Source: Octopus sinensis (lineage: Eukaryota). Taken from it: 64,000 nucleotides of DNA. Where the stretch lies: contig NW_021833892.1 in NCBI RefSeq assembly GCF_006345805.1, positions 124,001 to 188,000 on the forward strand. The letters are read 5' to 3'. The notes under the pieces were generated by a model. That model searched no databases and had not been told where the DNA came from. It saw only the letters and a program-made list of their open reading frames with translations. Below, in pieces: positions 26,154-39,693 of the stretch. The stretch's first letter is position 1, and each line of letters begins with the position of its first letter. The position numbers were made by a program, and so were the translations under genes.

Positions 26154-27555
26154 TAATTTTATATTTATAATATTTGTTCATGTTTTAAATTAGTCATTAC
26201 ATGGTCCCAATCATATTTTGGATATGACGTGCACGGGCAACTACTCATATTTGACATCTTCTCGTTTGTTGTATCTTCAGGACAACTTTTGAACAAGTCT
26301 TAGCTTACAAAAAAACCACTACAAACTATTTTTTAGCATCATAAAATTTTCAATTCACTATCTAAAATTTCCTTTAGTAAGCTATTTCGAAAATTTAGGA
26401 ATATCAATATTCTCACAACTTTAGAGAGAATAGATGGAATTTCTTGCGATTAATTAAAAAGACACTTCTTTTATAGTTTTGATATAATTTAAGTTGGATT
26501 CAATTTACTTCAAAGATAGAAATCTAGCGATCGTAGTCTTATATGTTCTTTTTGTTGTAGACTTGGAAGATTTATTTTTCTGATATAAATGTCAGATTCT
26601 GTTTCCAAATTATTGATAAATTCTTTGTCTTTCAATCCTGCGAGCCAGTATTTAAAGCTAGATTTTTCCATTAATAAAAAAATTGATAAATTGAAAAAGA
26701 ATGTTCATGTAATTAAAACTCCTTTCCAGCTTTGTTTGAATAATATCGTCTCTTCGTTAGCCGATTTCAGATGAATTTCATACTCATATAATATATGTCC
26801 AATTTCTAAATAAAATTTGTCAAACTCATTTTGTTCAATATTAACTAATTTAATTAGTATAAAATTTTGTTCATTATAGAACTCTCTGTTTTCTAAAATC
26901 AGAAATATCGATATCTGTTAATTCATTGATATCAGTAGGCAGTAGATTAACCGCATAGTTTTTTATTGCAGTCTTTAAACCAATCGGCAAATTAGTTCTG
27001 ATGATCATCGCCGATCAATGTTTTCAGAGGTTTTAAGTGTTCAGAAAGAGGCCGATATGATTCATTGTTCATACCAGGTGGTTCATGCATGCTAGAGCAA
27101 TAAATCTCACTTTGGGTTGGATATCAACTTCTAACAATTTAGTAGGACGCCCAACAGTATTTGTTTTCATATTTGAGGAAACAGAGACACACTACGCCAC
27201 ATCGAATTAGTTCCACATTTTAGTTTCCTTTCTTTTTCTTTCCTTCCTTGTATAATCTGTTTATTGTTTGAATCTTTTCAAACAAATTTTATAAACAAAA
27301 TATTAATACAGCAGTACATAAGAAATTATTTTAAGCACAATGATTAGGCCTGGTTTATCACTTGGTAGTTTTCTAACTCCTCCTTTGTCATCTCTCTCGA
27401 TCGACCGTGGAGGTCGACAACAAAATTGGTGTAGAAAGTGTGATCATTGAGGTAATGCTCAAACCAAAAAAAATAATCACTATATGTTGGGAAAAAGGAT
27501 TCGATATTCACAATCTGTGGCCCCTTTTCTTTGAAGGGCCAAAGATTGACCATTC

Positions 27556-28880
27556 ATGAGTTCATATCTAACTATAATTGCGGTGAACGCACGCTCTCTA
27601 AAGAGAAGACGTGCAGAAATTGAGAACATGTTATCTACTAATCCCGTGGACCTTTTAATTGTGAATGAAACAAAATTGAAACAACATGATGATTATTATC
27701 TGAATGGCTATTACTCCCTTGATATCAAATGGAAGTCGGGTTTGATAGCTGGAACGGGGACTTCTATATTTTACAAATCAACTTTGAGAGTGAAAAATTT
27801 GAAAATTGTTTCTGAAGAACTCTGTGAATTTGTCACAATCGTTGTTCGACTTGAAAAAACATGGATTAAAATTGGAGGGATGTATTCGAAATATCTTTCT
27901 AAATACCCATCGCTTATCAAGAATTTTTTCGCTGATAAGCACACGTCATTATCAATACTCCTTGGAGATTTGAATGCTAAGTGCTCCTCCTTCGGCTGTA
28001 TGGGGACTAACAGGGATGGTCTCATTTTTAAGAAACTTTCAAAATCCTTTGGTTTTTCAGTCGTCACATCTAAAACTCCAAATCATTACTCTCCAGGAGG
28101 GTGGGACTATTTGGGCTTGGCTTTGGTATCTATGTCTGCCCTTCAACTCTTGGAACAACCGAATACTATCAATGACATTGGGAGTGATCATCTGCCGATC
28201 TTATATAAACTCAACGTCACCCCGTTGGAGGTTACGCCTACTTTCATACGATACAACCCTACTCCCATAAACTGGGATCACTACAGAAAAAGTTTTGCAA
28301 CTTATCTGAACAAATTTGCCCCTCAACTTGGGGATAATTCTCCAGGAGAAGATTTGGAAAAGTCGAGCAATTCTCTTATTGGCTTCATAAAGTCTTATCT
28401 AGAAATACACTCTTCTAAAATCACCTCGAACAGTAAGAAAATTCCGCTGACATGCAAAAATGTTGCAGTCCTTTTAAAGAAAAAACAATGCCTAAGCCTA
28501 AGGAATAAATAAATAAATAATGCCTAAGGAACAAACTTTGTCGTTGTGTGGACTTTCACGACCGATCTGTTCTAAAAAACGAAATATTTGCCATTTCCCA
28601 GGAAATAAGAAGGTCAACAATTGCTGCTAAGAATAAAAAATGGAAAGCTGAGTGCAATAAATTACATAAAGCAAATCCAAACTTTTGGAAAGTTTTCGGA
28701 AAATTATCCACTTCAAAATCCGAGGAAGCAATACCGAAACTGTTAAATCAAGATGGATCCCCTGCTTTTCTTGAAGAAATTCCAAATATATTTGGAAACA
28801 GTCTTAAAGGAACTCAGGAGGTCAACCCGGACTTACAGTTATCTGGCCCAGCACTGTGTCATATGAAAAAAAGAATTTGA
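27556..28880 (+). mobile_element. 5' part of LINE ORF2 (open APE domain), truncated before the RT core; same family as 7381-7764
   Basis: 318-aa ORF with IIAVNARSL, LLIVNETKL, LGDLNAK, IGSDHLPI; matches the 7381 ORF motif by motif (GTGT.I.Y, CEFV, IGGMYSK). Confidence 0.9.
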
Positions 28881-28884
28881 TGGA

Positions 28885-29342
28885 CTCCTCAGCTCGTTGC
28901 ACCAAAAAAAAGGTTGAGAATCACTGCTATTCGGAAACCAAAAAAAAGGTTAAAAGTTTAAATATTCGGAAACATTATGAATCATTTCATTCAGAATTTT
29001 TTTCTAAATTTACGGGCCAAGAAAGAATTAATTAAGTTGAAAAATTCAAACGCAAATTTAAAAGTCAAACTTCATTTTTTCAAAAAAGTTATACCCTAAT
29101 TCATTCTTTCGGCCGTCACGACCTATGTACCTAATATCAATGAACTCTCGAACAATAAACGACAGTATATGAAAAATTAAAAATCAAATTCAATTAAAAT
29201 AAAATTTACTCGTTGTTTGGTTAAATAAAGTTTTACTCAATTAATTAATATTAGCCTTAAATAAGTAAAAAAATTATCTGGCCCGCAGACCAATAATTTT
29301 TTATGATCCGGCCCGTGAAATCGGAAATTCTGCCAACCCCTG
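28885..29342 (+). mobile_element. Two orphan hAT right ends: solo TIR 28912-28926 and a second end finishing at 29342
   Basis: aaaaaaggttgagaatcactg resembles the right end at 20075-20096; ggcccg subterminal motifs, then gccaacccctg followed by atctaaat (29343-29350). Confidence 0.6.
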
Positions 29343-30689
29343 ATCTAAATTATAACAAAATCAATTTTTACAAATAACCAAATCGGATTTTAATTAACTC
29401 TTATTACATCATTATGATTCCCAAATTGACTTATGCTCGATTTGAAAAATACTCAAATAATTCATTTTTGATGGCAAAATCATGTTCATGGAAACATGGA
29501 AATATTTCCATCGACTCGAGTTTTTCTTCTGTAACGAAAGCTGTGACCATTTTGTGAAATGTACAAGTGTGTAAATGACAAGATTGGCAATGTTCTTCTC
29601 AGCAAAATTGTGGCTGAATGAAGTTATTTAGGAGTCTGGAAAGATTTATTGACGGTGGAGACAACCTCGCAATGAAAAGCATTAGTCCTTGCTGACAGAT
29701 GAATATCTTGTATGACTATTCGATCTGAGCGTAGTTTTAGAGAGCTTTTGAAATTCGTTTTATAAACGAAAATTAAGTTACCAAAACATTGTATATATGA
29801 ATAAAAATTATCTCAATGAGACGTCGGATTTTCCCTTGGCCTCTTGTGACCTACGCGTTTGGTTCCAGTCATTTTTAATTATATTTTTTTCAGGAGATTT
29901 CTGAAGACTTTTGGACAAGGCGACGGCTGCTGAAAATTGAGGAAAATTAGAATAGAGGAGCAAGCTCCAATTCATCAAATTTCACTTTAAAGATCAATTC
30001 AGCTTTTGATTTCAGATATTTCTAAAGTTTTGATATGAGATTGGTGTGAAGATACCAAGCAGCGCAGTATGTATAAAAGTTTAGAAACATATAACCTGCT
30101 CTTCTTCAAGAAGAAAGAGACCCGTGAGTTAAGACAAAGGAGATCTTCGTCCCCGGAAGACAGAAATGGCAAAGTGCTTCAGATCAGAGAGGTCAGCTCA
30201 GAAAATAAGCCTCGACCAGTTCGGTAGGAAATAAGCCGAAAAGGCTGTCTAAGATCAACATCCAAACAGCAGGAAAACCAGTCTCAGGGAAGTTGACATT
30301 CATAGTTTCAGCTTTTAAAACGTTTTATTTAAGATTTTTAAAATAAAGTCTGATTAGTTTTTTTAATTTGATTTATTTTGCTTTTCTTACAGATATTAGA
30401 TAGACATAGTTCACGTATTCGATAATTAACTCTTCACTGTTTTAATCATATTACAAAAAAATTAAGTTACCATTGATTCTAATGAAATTGAATTAGTTTC
30501 AAAATCAGAAAGGTTACTGGAAATCTGTCAATGCTCTTGTTCCTTATTAGACGGATTTTGACAGCTATGCTTCCCTGCCCTTATATTTAATTGATTAGTT
30601 CTTTACAATCTGTTATATCGTTCAATAAAAACTTTGATTCATTATCATTCAATTAAAATGAAATTGACATGTGTTAGAAAAAGTTCCTG

Positions 30690-31230
30690 TCAGTTAAATG
30701 GAAACAAAAATATATAAAGTTATTTTATACATCAATCATTTTGGTAGAGATCGACTCTTCAACAAGCTAAATACCAAGTATTGTGGTTTGACTAGAGATG
30801 AAATTGCACGACTAATTAATAAATGAGCGCCCTGGATACAAGGTAGAGGTTGTCTTATGGTTTTAATTTTTTATGGTTCAACCAAATCATAAAACTGTAG
30901 ATATCTTCTGCAAGTAACTCTTGTGTATATTTTGACCGATATTGTACCATAATTAAAGATATTGTTTATGATTTTAATAACACCATGCATTACACAACTA
31001 GAAAAATTCCGTTCTACTTGTTTATGGCTGCTCAAAATTCGAATCCAATAACGGAGCTGGAAATGGAACAATTATTATCTGGAGATGTGGACATGCAATG
31101 CACTAGTAGATGTGCGTGAAGAAGCGTATTCGAAACTTCTTATCGCTGGAGATAAAATGATAGAAAGAAGATGGAAATATGATGAAGATTTCATAAAAGT
31201 CGGAGCTAAAGTATTAAATAGGTAGCAATT
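30690..31230 (+). mobile_element. Ginger/Gypsy-type integrase remnant, internally deleted
   Basis: H2C2-like NHFGRDRLFNKLNTKYCGLTRDEIARLINK* and integrase-core tail IKDIVYDFNNTMHYTTRKIPFYLF; the DDE core is missing. Confidence 0.6.
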
Positions 31231-31286
31231 TTTTAATAAAATTTTAAGACAAGACAACGATGTAATATTCGAAGGCTACCACTATA

Positions 31287-32747
31287 CAGTGGGCGCAAAA
31301 AAAATCCGGTTTTCTTATTTTTCGAATTTTTCAATATAAATTTTATATTATTTTTTTTTAATTTAGTATCATTTTGAAATGTAAATCGAGTATGTTTTTA
31401 ATTTTAAGTATTTTTTTATTTTTCATAGAGATATCTTGAATTAATTTTAAAATGCGCAAAAAAAACTCGGTTTTTTTAATTATTGAGTCTTTTATTCTCA
31501 AAAATTTGAAATTGTTGTCATTTTTGTTGTTGTTGGATGTCGTGTATTTCAGAAATTGTGAAAGGACAAATTATTCAACTTTATTTCCTTAATTGGACAT
31601 ATAAACAAATTCAGAAGAAGTAGAAATTCCCAGATCAACAGTGGGAGATTACATACGTAAATACAAAAAATATGGAACAACACAGAGACTGTCCGGTTCT
31701 GGAAGACCTAGGACATTAAATAATGATGATATAAATACTTTATTGACGCTTGTTTCTGACAATCCGAAAAAATCTTCCCGTTGCCTGTCAAAGGATCTTC
31801 ATTCTTTGACAGGAAAAATCGTCTCAAAACGAACAATTGGGAATTATCTGAAACAAAAGGAAATATATTCACGTGTGTGTCAAAAAAACCGTATCTGTCT
31901 AAAATTAATATCGAAAAACGATATTCCTTGTCAAAAAAATTTATCGCACTGAATATGACGTCATGGAAATCAACTATTTTTAGTGATGAATGCTGTTTCG
32001 AAATTTTTAATCACAAAAAAAGGAATTTTGTTATAGGAAAAACAACACACGTCTAGAAAAATCGCACTTATCTCCAACTGTTAAATTTGGAGGGGGAAAA
32101 ATAATGGTGTGGGGATGTTTCGGGTATTATGGAGTAGGCAATCTAGTTTTATAAATGGAACTATGAACTCAGCAACTTATGTGAACATATTATCAAATAA
32201 TCTGTGGGAGTCCGCTGCGAAAATGTGCTTGAATGAATTCATATTCCAACAAGACATGGCTCCTCCACACACATCAAAGATCACGAAAGATTTCTTTGCC
32301 GAAAGAAGCGTCAAACTATTGGATTGGGCACCGCAATCGCCAGATTTAAATCCAATAGAACATCTTTGGGCATATATTAAAAGTAAATTGTACGAAAATC
32401 CTCCAAAAAATATGCATGAGCTGAAAGATAAAATTATAGAAATTGGGAAAATATGCCGAAAGATCTAATACAGAAACTCATAAACAGCATGCCGAGAAGG
32501 GTGTACGATGTTTTTATGGCTAAAGGACGGCATATAAATATTAATTTGACATTTTTTTAAAAAACCGGGTTTTTTTTGCGCATTGTAAATTTAAATTGGA
32601 AATATCTCTTGAAAAAAATAATGAAAATAATCAAAATAAAAAAATAAGAGTTACTTTTCACTAAAATTTAAGATTAAAAAAAATATTATATCGCACAATA
32701 TAAAAAAATAGAGAAATTAGAAAACCGGATTTTTTTTGCGCCCACTG
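31287..32747 (+). mobile_element. Tc1 (DD34E) DNA transposon with IR/DR-type ends; transposase frameshifted
   Basis: Ends cagtgggcgcaaaaaaaatccggttttct and its reverse complement, TA flanks; inner repeats at 31452-31477 and 32561-32583. GSGRPR, IFSDE, FQQD-34 aa-E (SPDLNPIEHLW). Confidence 0.95.
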
Positions 32748-33229
32748 TAGTATAGTGTGACTATACGATCAACTAACCAATATGTTGTGGTAGATTAACA
32801 AAATGACATGTACTTGGTCGATATTGAGAGATGAGAGGTGAAAACAACTAACGTATATATATCAAGAATACAAAATTGACCAACAATTTTGTTTGAAATT
32901 TTTTCAGCTAAATTTTTTCGTCCAGCTTTGTTTAAGATTTGGTTAGGATTTGAGTTAAGGTTACGGTCTTGTGCCTGGATTGGGAGATATTTATCACCAT
33001 ACTCCATGAATTTATCACCATATCTATCACCATACCGGCAAGATGGGTTTAAATAGCCATCTTGCTCAAAAATGAGATTTAAGAGTGTCCACTTAAACGC
33101 GTGTCTATTTAACCGACTGTGACAGAAAATATACCATGCTCTAAATAAGTTATGTACTCGACATACTAGTGGGAGGTACTAAGCATTAAATCCAACTGGT
33201 CATGGTCTTTACTCTTTATAGTTTTAGTA

Positions 33230-33870
33230 GGAGCATAAACAAAGTTATAATCCCACACGTGTGACAAGCAATACAATCTTTTAATTCAAGTCATCACCGT
33301 TGTGTAAGCTCTTGCCAACAAAGTTGAGATCCTTCGCCAGAACTCTTTGGTGGGTAAAACTCGGTCGTTCACGATATTTATCACAATACTCAATGAAGTA
33401 TTCGTCAATTACAAGATTAGCTGGATTGGCTGGGTTCAGTCTCAGGATGTATCCGAATAATTTACAGCGATCTGCCACAATTTCTGCAGTCAGCGGTGTA
33501 GCGTTATACTGTTTGTAGTGACTGATTATTAATTTTAGATGATCAAAAGGCGCACCTGCCTTCGGCGATTCTATGGTCTTCAATTCAGTATTGGGGATCC
33601 CCCATGTCGAAGAATTACAGGTTTCACGAAGGTGTTGTAAAGCCTTGATCTGAGTTAGCGATTTACAGGCCAGGGATATGTTTGGCGTATTCTGCTCAAA
33701 ACTACGTAACTTTCTGGAGGTAATGTCATCACTGTCTCCCAGCAGAGAGTCATGTTTCTTGACATTCCTCCAAGTTAGATGACAAAGAGCAAATACGAGA
33801 GTCTCCTTGAGGTGTGTTTCAAACCGCCTTGAGAAACACAACAAGAAGAATTCTATCTTAACAAGCTACT
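33230..33870 (-). mobile_element. 5'-truncated RTE-like LINE fragment (post-RT region)
   Basis: 187-codon frame WRNVKKHDSLLGDSDDITSRK..NSSTWGI..LFGYILRL..RERP; similar to the minus-strand translation of 60-330. Confidence 0.75.
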
Positions 33871-33989
33871 TAATAACCAGAGAAACAATCTGAGTTAAAC
33901 AATTCTCGTTTAATTAATACAAATAATCAATAAGACAAGATAAAGTGTATCCAGGAACAGGAATTAGTATTTTAGTATCAGTTTATGTA

Positions 33990-34405
<416 letters not shown>

Positions 34406-35039
34406 TCTAAAAAAGTAATGAAACAAAAAATTAAATTAACAAAAGCAAGCACCAACAAGAAAGATATAACACGCTAGTCGCGTCCGTACTTTTCTCATTA
34501 TTTCATAAAAATAAAAATAACTTAATAAATTAACTATTAATTAAACAATATTAATGCTTTGACAACATAAAACATTATTAGTATTATTAATTTACACATC
34601 TCTAATAAAAAAATGCATTATTATAATCGTTATTTTAAGTTTTTTTGATATTAAATTATTATTTTTTAATTACTTCATTTTTTAAAAAAGCGAATCCACA
34701 GTAATAAGTTTAACCGAATATGTCGGAACGAGTATTTAAAAAATCAGTTTTTTTAGTGCGGTTTTTGAGAGAAACGTTTTGATTGTTCTTCCGAATTGAA
34801 AGTTATTTGTCAATGTCGACCCATCGAAATCACTGACATTGGGAAAACCGATATCACAATCAAGCCACATAAATTTGTTGAATTTAACAGTTTAAAAAGT
34901 TTTAACAAATAGAACCTTTTAGAAATGCTGCATTTTTAGATAGATTTCAAATGCAGGGTAATAAAAAACGATATTAAGGTTATTTCCGGTTATTTTAACT
35001 GGAAATGCTTTTTTGTTGTTACATAACTTCAGACACACA

Positions 35040-36110
35040 TCGGTGACCAGATTTTAAAGGACATTGGGGGAGTGAACAACAAATTTACTGCGGATAAAGA
35101 AAATGACCGATACAGCGGAAAAGGTGATCGGTTGAATGGTCAACACAGCAAAGGTTACAGAAAAGAGAAATTGAGTCGCGGAAGGGTCCGTATTGACAAT
35201 ACTACTTCAAGATCAAGACTACTGCCCAATGGTGTCCCACAAGGCTCCCTTCTATCTCCTCTCCTTTTTAACCTATTTCTACATGACCTACCCATTACTA
35301 ATGACCCGGACATTATGTTCTTATTCTATGCGGACGACCTGATTATCCCAGCAAGAGAAATCTCTTTCTGTGGCTGTCGCAATGGTCCAGTCACACCTCA
35401 ACCGTGTATGTGATTGGCTATCTGCAAACATGTTGTGTGTGTCTGCATCTAAATCCCAATTCACCCTCTTTACTACTGATAGAAGATTCAAGAATGGACT
35501 GGAACTATTCATTGGAGACAATCCTATTTCCTCCTCGCGTACCCAGAAGATCCTTGGCGTGGTTTTCGACTCCTTAATGACGTTCTCAAGTCACGTAGAG
35601 GAGGCCCTAACTAAAGATCTTCGAAAGTGGAACGTCTTGAAAGCGCTGTTAAAGAAGAGTCCCTTCCCCTGAAAGATTGTGTCAGCAAGGTCTACCAACA
35701 AGTGATTGCCCCGACGGTTGAATATGCCTGCTCAGCCTGGAGGTTTGCAATTGCTTGTTCGAAAGCGGAACGTTTGAACTCACTCAGAATGAAGATTATG
35801 CTCCACACTGACACCTCAGTTGGCAGCCTTGCTTCCGAGGAGGCGACGCAGAAGAATGGACAAGGTTTCCTACGTTTCTGCAAGGAACTGGGAAACCCAC
35901 TAAAGGAAAAGGTGGCCCATGCAGAGGAATTTCGGTCGGTTATAAAGAAATGCACTCCAATTGAGTTCCTCTGCAGAAGGAAGAGAAGGCGTTTCCTAAT
36001 TACGGTCGTGTCATTAGAAGATCATGTAAGGAGAGTACGGCTGTTGTTGGGGGCAGGGATCACCTAATTAGTAGTTCTGACCTATCTTTCTCGGTGATCT
36101 TGGAGTTAAT
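35040..36110 (+). mobile_element. 5'-truncated LINE RT fragment with frameshifts
   Basis: GVPQGSLLSPLLFNLFLHDLP..FYADD, KILGVVFDSLMTF, PTVEYACSAW. Confidence 0.88.
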
Positions 36111-36179
36111 AAATAAATTATGTGAGCGTAGTGGTTTAAGAAAATGATGATTTCTATTAAGAATTAATTTAATGATTCT

Positions 36180-38960
36180 TCGCTCGTAAGCCCATCAGAT
36201 GCAGATAACTTCCTTGAACTGCGCCTGCAGCCTCACTCGGGGAATTGGCTAAACGCTCTCTCGTTGGGTCCAACGGTCTACTTTTAGAGAACGAGGCTCT
36301 TCCGACTCATCGACTCTCATTTCTGGCGACAGGGGGACTAAAAATTTCGTGTTCAGAGTGTGCCTTTTTTCCTGAAAACCTTCGGTTTAACAAAGCCCTT
36401 AGCATTGATCTAGAGAGAATTGATGACTTGATGGGAGAAATGTGCTATTGTAATATTCAGAGAATTGTTTTTTGCATTGGTCTTGAACTTGATATATGCC
36501 AACCGTACTGTTGTCAATGTTCATGATCCTTTCAAACGGATTACACTCCTTGTCTTGTAAGAAGAGTGCTGGCCGATATCCACACCATGATCTATTCCAG
36601 TGGTTCTTAACCTTTATTTTTGTATCGCCCCCTTGGAATTTTTTTCGCCCCTCCAATTTTTATATCGCCCCCTTATTTCATTAGTAAAAATTTTTATTTA
36701 AAAATAAGAGTTTTAATGAGATCCTTGTGGTTGATGAAGATTGACAAGTTTTTCAAAATTTGTACTTCTTTTCGTAAGTGTAATTCTAATGTCGCCTCTT
36801 TCTTCTATATTTAGTTTGTTTCTTTTTTTCCGATCTTACTATTCAGAGTGCTGAATCCTCTCTCTACGCAGTATGACGTAGGAAAACCTAATATTATTGG
36901 CATCATTTTTTCCCATAATTTCGGGAATTTCATTTTTATAGATTTTTCTCCCCAGAATTGTGTCAGGTTTTCATTTTTAAATTTTATTTTCAGTTTTTCG
37001 TCGTTTTTTAGTTCTATTAATTCTTCTTGACATTCATCATCAGAATCATAATGAATGGGCAACCAAGGATTAATCATCCAATCAGAAAAGTTTAAATTAA
37101 TTAAATCTTTAATCTTTTTTCAAATCTTGTTCCAAAGATTCTAAATGAAATTCATAAATTTTCAGATCGTTGTCATCAAAAGTGTGGTCATAAAAATCGA
37201 ATTTTCCAAATTTTCTATTACTTAAATTAAATTTGTAACATTGAATTTTTTCAATGAATGTATTTATAATTCGTTTGCAATTAATTAAATTAACATAATC
37301 TCCTTTTTTGCAATTAAATGATGCCGATGTAAAATACAATTGAATTGAAGTGGACATTGGAGATTTTTGTTTTAGAAAAGCTAAAAAAACCACAATATTT
37401 TCCAACCATAGCCATTGCGCCATCAGTTGCGCACGATAAAATATGTTCAATTGGAATATCATTTAAGAATAAATAAGATTCAAACATTTTGAATATTGAC
37501 AATCCTGCAGTATCCGTGACTAAAGATTTTGCAAATAATAACTCTTCTTGCAAAATAGAATCATCATCGAAATATCTTTATAAAAAGTATTTATAAAAGT
37601 AATACCTTACATATGCCATTAAAATTGACTGGTTATCAACGACAACTGATTTGTCAAGTTGGACTGAAAACTTGCGTTCTCTGAGAAGTAAAATTAAGGA
37701 TTGTTCAATTTCTTCTTCGTATAGTGTCGTTGCTTAATAAAATAGTCTTCATAATATTTGAAGAATCTTTTTGTAAAATAAATAAATTTAAGCAAAAACG
37801 GATGACATTTTCTGCAATCGAATCGGCATTACCTATAATCTAAAATAATAATGCAACCAGTTTTTGCGATTATCCCTGCAAATTTATATGAATAAGATAA
37901 TCCAGAGACATTTTGAAATCTATTTTTATTAAAGATTGACGGTAAGGTGTTTTTATTTTCAAAATTATTTTTTAATTCTAGAAAAAAGTCTGGCTTTTTT
38001 CCAATTGAATTATGATGTTTTCGCTTTAAATGTTCAATCAAACGAGACGGTTTCATTGCCTCATTCGAAAAAATTGTACCACATTGAAGACAAAGTGGTT
38101 TAATAGGATCTTGAGGATCTTTAATAAATCCAAGAGAAATATATTCATCTTTATACATTCTGACTTTTTTTTGAACACGACCCATAAAGATAACTAGAAA
38201 TCACGCTTAGAAATTTAAATAAAATTTTATTATATGAACTAATTAAAATGGGGAATAAGTTATACACGAATTAATAAAGAGCCTGGAGGTCAGCTCAAAG
38301 TAGCCGCACTGGGTATCGAGTGGCAGTTTCCGCGGAGCACTGCGACCGAGATTCGCTGGAAGAGCCAGCTCGTCTCCCTCCGGTTTAAATAAAATATAAT
38401 AAAAATATCATATTATTAGACTCGATTATATATCTTTATTTTTTCAAAGATTATCGACTTCTAACATAAGATTTTAATTTTTCAAATATTAGCAATCAGC
38501 CATCGCCCCCCTGGCAAAAAAAATCGCCCCTAGGGGGCGAATCGCCCACCGTTGAGAACCACTGATCTATTCAATGAAGTGATTAAGAGGGCTCTTGATT
38601 CCGTCTATACTGGAACCGGTTGGTCTCTTTCGGGGTAATAGAAAACGTCCCGACGAAATAACGACATTCCTATTCAGTAGGTCTCTCGTTTGTGACCTGC
38701 GTGGATTCCCTGTCGGAGACGTTGTTGTCCATGACGACATGTTTGCCAGGCTATGCTTGCGGAAGGAAAGAAAATGTTGAAATACGCTAATTCTTCCGAG
38801 GCTTATGACTTCGTGCCCCTCGCCTTCGAGACCACGGTAAAGAAACTGAGAAGTTGCTATAAAAATCACATTGAAGACCAATTACCGGAGGGGACTTCCA
38901 GCGCGTCTTAGTCTCAATTCTCCGTGGAAACTGCCTCTCGATTTGCAGTGCGTCGTCGGA
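36180..38960 (+). mobile_element. Degraded CRE-like retroelement remnant (36180-36597 and 38565-38960) split by a hAT insertion and by the 36298-36440 repeat
   Basis: PHSGNWLNAL, then GLHSLSCKKSAGRYPHHDLF / NEVIKRALIPSILEPVGL..KRPD reads across the hAT; matches the 48655-49764 protein. Confidence 0.85.
36598..38564 (-). mobile_element. hAT (Charlie/Buster-like) transposon with decayed transposase
   Basis: TIRs cagtggttcttaacc / cgttgagaaccactg; 8-bp TSD atctattc (36590-36597, 38565-38572). BED finger CLQCGTIFSNEAMKPSRLIEH, FSVQLD, ATDGAMAMVG, FPTSYCVERGFS. Confidence 0.95.
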
Positions 38961-39181
38961 CTGACCATCAAGTCTGCGACACTCAAATTATTTTCTTTTT
39001 TCTTTTGAAAAAATTATTCAATTACAAAAATGATTTGAGTTAAAAATACATATTACGAACCCTTTTAAAACTACCAAAAATGAGATAGTAAAAATTAAAA
39101 AATATATTTGTACTATTATTTTGTGATTTTTTTGCAATTTGATTTTTGAATAAATAGAAATAATTATAATAGGTGCTGTTG

Positions 39182-39629
39182 ATGGATGGTTCATTCGATA
39201 ATTTGGAAAGCGGATATTTTACCTCGTTTGTTACTAATGCTACCAATTCTATTAAAGATAGTTTTCAATCAGTCAGGTTTGTACAATCCACTAGTCAATT
39301 ATTAGGGCAGCCCAGGAAATTCTTAATTCTAGTATCGACGGGGTTTTATCTGGTTTTAATTATATTTATAAAATTAATAGAAATTAATGAAACTAATTCT
39401 GCAATTCCAGGACTTATTGACGTAGAACCATATTTAAAGCGACTTTCTTTAGTAAAAACACGAATATTATCAATAAATACAAATATTCGTAATATTCATG
39501 TAATAATATAATTTATATATTTATCAGACTCGACTTCAAAAGCTACAGATCTCAGTTGAACACGAGTTACATCGTAGAGAAATTGAGTTTGAAAAAGTGG
39601 ATTCTCAAATATTATCTCAAGAAAAATAA
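39182..39629 (+). CDS. SNAPIN: SNAPIN (BLOC-1 subunit) homologue, 120 aa, 4 exons (introns 39277-39305, 39353-39380, 39500-39527)
   Basis: Spliced product ...SVRAAQEILNSSIDGVLSEINE...IDVEPYLKRLSLVKTRILSINTNIRNIHTRLQKLQISVEHELHRRE follows the SNAPIN pattern LDPYVKKL..RRRVVLVNNILQNAQERLRRL. Confidence 0.8.
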
Positions 39630-39633
39630 TTTG

Positions 39634-39683
39634 TTTATTAATAAATCTTTCATACCATTTTAATAACAAAAATAACATTTATT
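39634..39683. promoter_or_regulatory. Candidate poly(A) signals for both convergent genes, including the palindrome tttattaataaa (39634-39645)
   Basis: AATAAA on plus at 39640-39645 and on minus at 39634-39639 and 39678-39683, within the 64-bp SNAPIN-eEFSec gap. Confidence 0.5.
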
Positions 39684-39693
39684 CAAATAAGCA

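Noticed and set aside
26510-26915. In-frame TGA as a selenocysteine codon, suggested by eEFSec being in the window
   Set aside because: No CxxU/UxxC-type context and no SECIS-like stem recognised; the surrounding frames are also broken.
32941-33034. Telomere-like ggttagg/ttaagg motifs and three copies of t(t/c)tatcaccata (YGDK/YGDR on the minus strand)
   Set aside because: Too short and degenerate for telomeric repeat; no start or splice support for the ORF; probably a repeat remnant.
34720-34910. Possible small gene head-to-head with ATP synthase c (MSERVFKK... / CSSELKVICQCRPIEITDIGK)
   Set aside because: Could not join the frames with plausible introns; no recognisable motif.
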